From the NCBI GenBank assembly GCA_944358385.1, contig CALVQW010000011.1, positions 237 through 64,236 on the forward strand: 64,000 nt of DNA. Reading direction: 5' to 3'. Position 1 is the first letter of the stretch; each line of letters opens with the position of its first letter. A program made the translations under genes and the position numbers. Shown piece by piece: positions 31,101 through 37,100 of the stretch. This DNA is from an uncultured Clostridia bacterium. GTDB taxonomy: Bacteria; Bacillota; Clostridia; Christensenellales; CAG-917. The notes below the pieces were generated by a model. That model ran no database searches, was not told where the DNA came from, and worked only from the letters and a program-made list of their open reading frames with translations.

Positions 31101-34100
31101 GCCCGCAAAGAGCTCCACGCCGAAGTCTTTGAGCAGCGTGAAGAGATCCGCACTGATCCTGGGACCGCCGAGAGGCGCAAGATCGATGTAGATGTAGCCG
31201 TTGATGAGATAGATGGCGATCGCACCGCTGTCCGAACCCTGTTCGGGGTTGAACACGATCTCGATCTCCGCCTGCAATGCGGAGAGGATGTCGAGAGCGG
31301 AAGGTTCGGGGAGAGTGAAGTCCGCAAGAATTCCCGAAAGCCCCAGCTTCTCGAGGTCGAGGAGACCGCTGATGTTGATGTCGAGGCTGTCGCCGATGGG
31401 ATCGTCGAGATAAAGCTCGATGCCGAGGGACGCCAGCAGAGCGTTGACCAGCTTGGAAAGCGTGGCTTGATCGGGATCGTTGCCCAGCCCCGCAAGCCCG
31501 TCCGCTATGGCGGGGACGTCAAGCAACACGTCCACTATCTCGGAGAGGCTGAGCGGACGGCGGACGTAACGCCCGTCATTGGACTGCATGTAAGAGCCGT
31601 CGTCCAGCTTGATGTACCTGTCTTCGAGATCGTAGTTGCCGATCTCATCCTCGCTCACCAATTCATAGGTGGCGTCGGCGGAATATTCCACCGAAAGGTT
31701 GAGACCGAACTTCGCCATACTGCTTGCGGTATAGCTCTGGAAATCATCGCGCGCCGCGATGTCGCTGATCTTGCCGTGCACTTCCTCATTGACGGAGTTG
31801 GTGACGTAAGGTTTGACGATGGAAATGCCCAGCGACGCATACTTGGTGTCCACGCCGATGTTGACGGCGGGAGTCTCGAAGTCGATGTCCACCACCGCTT
31901 CGGCATCCAGACCGAGTGCCGCGAAGATGGCGTTGATGTCGGGCTTCTCCTCCGTCGTGGCGGAGTCCTCACTGCTGTTGTTCGCCACCGCGTCGATGAT
32001 GGCGAGTATGACCGCCTCGGTGACGCTGAGCGCGATGTGACCTTCTCCCGCTTCGAGGACGATGTCAAGCGCGGTGAGAGCGTCTTCGCCCTCTTCCCCT
32101 TCCGCTGCCGCCACGGCTTCGGAATTAGAAATACCCTGCTGCCCCGTCTTGAGCAGCTTGTTCACCGCCTCGGTGATCTTGCTCACCACGCCGGTGTTCT
32201 CGATGTAGAAGTTCTTGTCCGAGAGCATGCCCATGTCGACATACAGCCTGTCGCCGCGGATGTATGCCGCAAGCACGAGCGCGTCCGCACTGTCGGGATC
32301 GGCGTTGCTGTCCAGCACTTCCAGCGCGATCTCGGTGGCGTCCGCATCCGAGAAGTGGATGTTCGCTCCGAGCTTGATGTCCAGACCGAGCGTGAGATCG
32401 TCGTCGATGGACACGCCGAAGTCGAGAGCGATGCCCGCTCCCGCCGCCGCGAGGATGTCGCCGAGAGGCAGTTCGCCGTTGACGAGATCCGCAGTGTCGC
32501 CGAGAGAGAGTTCGAGAGAGAGCGTCGTGGAGAGAGAGACCACGCCATCGCTGTCAAAGATGTTCTTGAACTCGACGGAGTCGAATCCCTCGCCTTTCAC
32601 CGTCTTGGTCTCGTCGTTGATGGCAACGCCGATGTCACCCAGCGAAAGCCCGATCTTGACGGGATCCGCCTCAATGCTGAGGTCGATGCCGATGTCCCTC
32701 TGCGCGCCCTCGCCCGCTCCGTAGTAGAGGGTGAGGAAGCTGCCCGCGGGATCGAGTTTCACGAAGTTTTCGGGATCGATCGCCACGCCGGAACCGGCGA
32801 GGAGCATGTTGAGCAGAGAGGAGAGGAAGTTCGCGCCGAAGCCGACCCGCAGCTCCTCGTCATTCATATAAATGCTGTTGATGATGGCAAGTATGCCGCC
32901 CAGGAGGTCGGTTTCTTCGCCGCTGCCAGAGCCGCTGCCGCCTTCCGTGCCGTCGACCGCGATCGCCGCTTCGGCGGGTGTCTTGGTCTGCTGATCGTCA
33001 CCGGTGGTTTTGCCGTCATCGGAGGCGAACAGCCCCGCGATGTCGATGCCGGGCACGATGATGCCGCCGCCGATGATGCCGCCTTCGTCGGAGTAGATGT
33101 AAAGGTCGCTGCTGCCCGTCGTCTCATCCGCAAGGATGTAGAGGGCAAGGAGCGTCCTCCCGCCTTCGCTTATCTCCAACGCGATGTCGGAGTGCGAGAG
33201 TATGTAGCTGACCAGAGTGGGATCCTCGGTGTCGATCACTTCGGGGAAGCGCAGGAGCGCGCGCAGCGAGAAGTCAAGCTCCGCGGACACGCTCTTGTCG
33301 ATGACGAAGGAGAGCACGAGTTTCTCAATGAGAGACTTGATCTCCTGAGACACGCCGCCTTCCGTGCCGGAAGTGCCGTCGTCAACGGTGAGGAAACCGC
33401 CTATCCAGCTGCCGATGGTCCATTCGGTGTCATCGTCCGCGGCGAGGGCTTCCAGCGAGATCTTGCCGGAAAGCTCCGCATAAACACTGTCGATGTTGAG
33501 TCCGGCGAGGTCGAGCTGGTTGTTTTCGTTGAGCAGCACGCCGATGTCTTTGTAGTCGGCGGGATCGAACGTGGCGGGCAACACCTCCGCATCGTCGAAC
33601 ACTTCCCTGCCCAGCCCGATCTTGAACGGAGAGAGCGTGACCTCAACGGAGCCGAGTTCGCTCGCCTCCACGCGTGCTTTGAAGAGATAGTCCTCGGTCG
33701 CGGTGCCGTCATGCTTCGCCTGGCTGATGAGGTTGCTCCAATTCAGGCTGAGTGCCGCGTCGATCTCTCCGAGCGCGTCCGTGCCGAGAGCCTCCTCGAC
33801 AATGGCGGTGAGAGCCTCCGCAAGTTCGATGGTAAAGCCCTTGGAAGTGACGTGGAGCATGATCTCGAAGATGCCCATGGCGTAGTCCTCTTGGTAGAGG
33901 TCGTCCAAAGTGGGCTTTTCTTCATCCGCCGCGGAGACAGCCTGTCCGCTTGCCGCGGGCATGGCTTCGTTGCATCCGTCGCATATGCCGTCATCGTTGA
34001 GATCCGCATGCTCGTGCGTGATCATGCCGATGAGCATCTCCATGATGTCGAGCTTGGTGCTCACGCGTGCGCCTATGAGCGCGTCCGCGTCAACATAAAT

Positions 34101-37100
34101 CGTACCGTCCGCATAATAGGCGGCAAGCAAGGTCTCCAGCTCGCCGTCCTGCATATTCGCCCTGTTGACGAGAGCGATCGCAAGTTCTGTCTCGTTGGTG
34201 TAACCGTCGGGCAGCGTCCCGCCCGTGAGCGCGGCAAGCAGCGACGCGATGTCCAGCTTGCCCTCCACGGTAAGGGCGAGATCGATGTCCATGCCCGTCG
34301 GGAAGTTGATGTAGGCGTCCTCGGTGAGTTTGATGTTGTTTGCATCGATGTCCGCAGCGAGTCCGAGTTCCAGCGAGACATAGACGTAAGGATCGGCAAA
34401 GATGTCCACAAACTCACCATCGATGGCGGGTATGCTGCTCTGCCCGTTGATGGCGGCATTGATCCCGCCGAGGGTGAAGTCCAGCCCGAAGTTCTCGCCG
34501 ATGCCGAGCGTGACACCCACGGAAAGCCCTTCGGAAGTGTCCTCGCCCGCGAGTTGCAGACCGTCATTGAACTTGATGATGACCGCGGCGTCCAGATCGA
34601 GAGGATTGCCCACCGCGTCCTCGATGACAACGCCTTTGACGTTCAGAAGATCGAGGAGGATGTCAAGCAGCCCCGCACCCAGCGCGACATCGAGATAGAG
34701 GTCGCCGAGAGTGACGTCCGCCGCCGCGATGATGGGGACGAGTTCCTCGGGTATGGTGGGGATGTTAGTGCTGCCGCTGCCCGAGCCGCCGCCCGTCTGA
34801 CCTTCGTCCGCGACGGAGACCGCCTCGGACGCGGAGGATGCGGCGAGGAAGGGCGTGATGTCCGCCTTGACGGAAAGCCCGCCGAGCAGTTTCTCGGAAG
34901 TGTTGAGATAGATCACTCCGTCCACGAGCCACACGCGCAGAGGAGTCGCACCGCCGTCCTTTTCGGCAAGTTCGACATAAAGGTTGATGGAAGGCAGCAG
35001 ACTGCCTATCGCAGAGGCGATGTTGCCGCCGGAGAGCGCACCTATTAGTGCCTGCACGTCGGTGACCTCGGCTTTCAGCTTGAGTGTCGCATCAACGCCG
35101 AAGGACTCCGCAAAGTCGGCAAGCACCGCCACCAGGAATTGGTTGGAGTTGGCGTAGCCGATGTTTGCGAATGTGCCCGCCACCGCGCTGAGGTCGAGGT
35201 CCGCCTGCAGACCTATCTCCAAGGTCTGCACATTGGCAAGCACCTCGTTGAGGTCGAGATTGCTGAATGTGAGCGATCCCGTCTTAGGATCGATGAACGC
35301 GTCAAAGGAGGAGAGCCTTATGTACTCGTTGCCGGTAAGGTCCGCCGCAAACTCGGCGAACGCGGCGTCGAAGTGATCTCTGTCCGCCACACTGCCCACT
35401 TGGAGCGCGATGGTCACACCCGCGGAAGCGAACTGCGTGGGGATCTGTTCCAGCCCCACCGCCGCCGCGAGGTCGAGATCGAGGGAAATGATCTTGGGCA
35501 GACCGAACCCGACATCCTCGTACGTGATGTCCACGCCGCCGTCGATGGGGATCTTCACGCCCGCATTTTCGCCCGTGAAAGCGATGCTCCAGATGTAGTC
35601 GAGGATCTCCTGCGTGAGAGCGATCTGCACCTTCTCAAGGTTGAAGATGTTGCCGTCCATCTCGACGACGATGTTGTTGAAGATCGCCTTGACAAGCCCC
35701 ATGGTGTCCGTGATGGGTTCCCCGGACTGGGTGGCGGCTATCTTGCGCACCAGCTCGCCGCTTGCAAGCTGACTGTCGATCTCGGCGACAAGCTCCTCAT
35801 ACTGCGCCGTTTCCGCCGGAGTGAGCAGCCCCGCAATGGCGTCCTGCGCCTTTGCGACAAGGTCCTCGACGAGTCCGCCGAGGAGTTTATTGAGATTGAC
35901 GCCGTCCACATAGAATTTGCCCGTGCCGAGCAATCCGCTGAGGTCGGCAAAGAGCATCTCGTTCTCGCCGCTGTATCCGATGCGCGCGCGCACATCCTCT
36001 GCCCTTGCGCCCGTGAGTTCGACAAGCAACTTGGTGTTGGCGTTGTTGAACATGTCGATCTCCGCACTGATGTGCAGCTGCAACGTCCTCTCCAGCCCGT
36101 CGAGATTGATCTCGTGGTCGAGAACGGCGGCAAGGCTTTCCCTGACTTTCGGATCCAGACCGAAGAGAGTGCCGAAGGAGTCGATGAGTTCGTTGGGAGT
36201 GATGCTCAGCTGTTTGAGTGCCAGGTCGAGGGAGATCGTGAGATCGAGAGTGAGAGGAGAATACTCCGTAAGCTCGGCGACATTGATCCCTCTGTCGGTG
36301 ATGAGATAGCTCTCCACGTCCGCCACGGCGAGATCGGTGTCATTGTTCCACTGTATGCCCTCGCCGCCGAAGGAGATGTCGATGCGGCTCTGCTGGCTGC
36401 CGTAGATCTCCTCAAGCTCCGTACCGAAGGTGTCGAAGTCCACGCCGATGCCGAGGTCGACCGCGGCAAGTTCCCTGCCCTCGCCGTTGTCGGCGGTGAG
36501 ATCGGCAGTGAGATAGATGGAAAGATCCTGTATGCTGGAAAGAAGTGCGAGATCGATGCCCAGGATGTCCTCGACAAGGTCATAGACATCTTCGGGGATC
36601 AGGCTGTCGGGACCGGGAGTGAGCAAGCCGCCCAGCACCGTGCCGAGCAGTCCGGAAAGCGGGACGGGCATGGTGAGTTGCTGGGTGCCGTCGGGATTGG
36701 TGACAAGGCGGGAAGGTCCGAAGAGGGCGGGGAGCGCGCTCATAACGCCTGCGACGATGCCCTCGTCCATGGTGAGAAGATCATTGAGAATGAATTGTGC
36801 AAGACTCTTGTATTCGTCGCTGCCGGGGGCGGAGAGAAGTTCGCGCAAAGTCCTGACCACGGCAGTGGCATTGATGTTGTCCGTCTTGACTATGGTCGCA
36901 CCCGATCTCAGACCGGTGCAGTCGTAAACGAGGGTGGAATCGTAATAATAGACGCCCAGGAGCACCTCGGAAAGATTGCCTTCCGCATCCTTCTTCCACA
37001 GCTCGAAGAGGATCTGATTGCCCGTGTCGCTCTCAAGGTCGATGGCGGTCTGCACCTTGAACGCGTAGGAGTAGCCCACCGCGTCTTTTGCATAGTCCAG

